From NCBI GenBank assembly GCA_030704615.1, contig CM060734.1, forward strand, positions 63,178,001-63,242,000: a stretch of DNA of 64,000 bases, given 5' to 3'. Below the pieces are notes generated by a model. That model did no database searches. It was not told the DNA's origin and was given only the letters and a program-made list of their open reading frames with translations. The position numbers and the translations under genes were made by a program. The DNA comes from Takakia lepidozioides. Lineage: Eukaryota; Plantae; Bryophyta. Of this stretch, positions 63,223 through 64,000 are shown one piece after another. The first letter of the stretch is position 1, and the number at the start of each line of letters is the position of its first letter.

Positions 63223-64000
63223 AAGTTTTCTCTTTCACTATGCAGTGCTGGAGCTTTAGATTTTGATGAGTTTAAGAGATGGCATTTGTTTGTCTACTCA
63301 TTCGGTGCTGATGCCCATTATTAGATCGGAAAGAATCTTAAATTGCTAAGGCAGAGTGATTGTCAGATGACTGACGGGAAGGCAGCGTCTGGTGTCAAAA
63401 TGATGTACTGGAATGCCACTACAGAGATAGCCGTTCATCTATCCATGAATCCTCTGATGTCTCTCCTCTCCCTCCCATGCACTCTACTCTCTTGGTTGTC
63501 TAGAGCCCTTTCTGGCCTTTTTCCACTTTCCACGGAACGCTTCTAAAACCAAGCGATTGTTACTGTTGTTCTCAGCTTAAGTGCCTGGGTGCAGCATCGG
63601 TGTCAATCTGGGTTTGCACACAAACATTGTTTCTTGGCGTTGTTGGGGAAGGCTGCTTGCCCAGAAAACTATCATACTTCTCAGCCGAGGCCCCAGGGTT
63701 GGGGATTTTCGAAATCAGGAAACTTGTGCATACCTCTCAATATCTTAGTGACCGAGCATAAAGGGCGTGGAGCAAGAGCAAGAAGTTCCTATCATGCATT
63801 CCTTGGTGTCAAACGGATTCCCAAGGAGCAACCCTGCATTCTTTTTGTGCCTTCTTTGGTGAGAACAGGCGACAGCGGCCTTGGAAAACTTCTGGTGGGA
63901 TTGTAGCCTTGCTTGCATACGTGGAATATTCTGAAAAACGACTTGAAGATTTCGGAAAATGTCTTGGCTGCGGACTGGTATATTAAAAATTCAATACTAG

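Overview
Eukaryotic nuclear DNA from a plant, most likely a non-seed land plant (inferred from GT-AG introns, telo-boxes, Tcn1-type chromoviruses, a DNMT3-type methyltransferase and plastid-targeted genes). Positions ~1-38.6 kb are a nested, partly scrambled transposon island. Positions ~39-64 kb are gene-dense, with five host genes: KLCR-type TPR protein, Tim44/mL45-like protein, RsgA GTPase, HTATSF1/ELF9-like splicing factor and an intronless plastid-type protein. The standout is a Ty3/Gypsy family present in three copies (A, minus 3.2-12.0 kb; B, plus 28.4-38.6 kb; E, fragments at 17.4-17.9 and 25.6-28.4 kb). Its polyprotein carries a complete DNMT3-like C5 cytosine methyltransferase between protease and RT, and a PHD finger at the integrase C-terminus. 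The family also shows a candidate tRNA-independent self-priming site, a candidate ACG start codon, swappable tandem-repeat cassettes in the 5' UTR and an unusual modular terminal-repeat structure. Two chromovirus families and a Mutator-like remnant are interleaved with these copies. All TE copies carry stops, frameshifts or deletions. All alignments and family assignments were made by eye or from recalled motifs; no searches were run.
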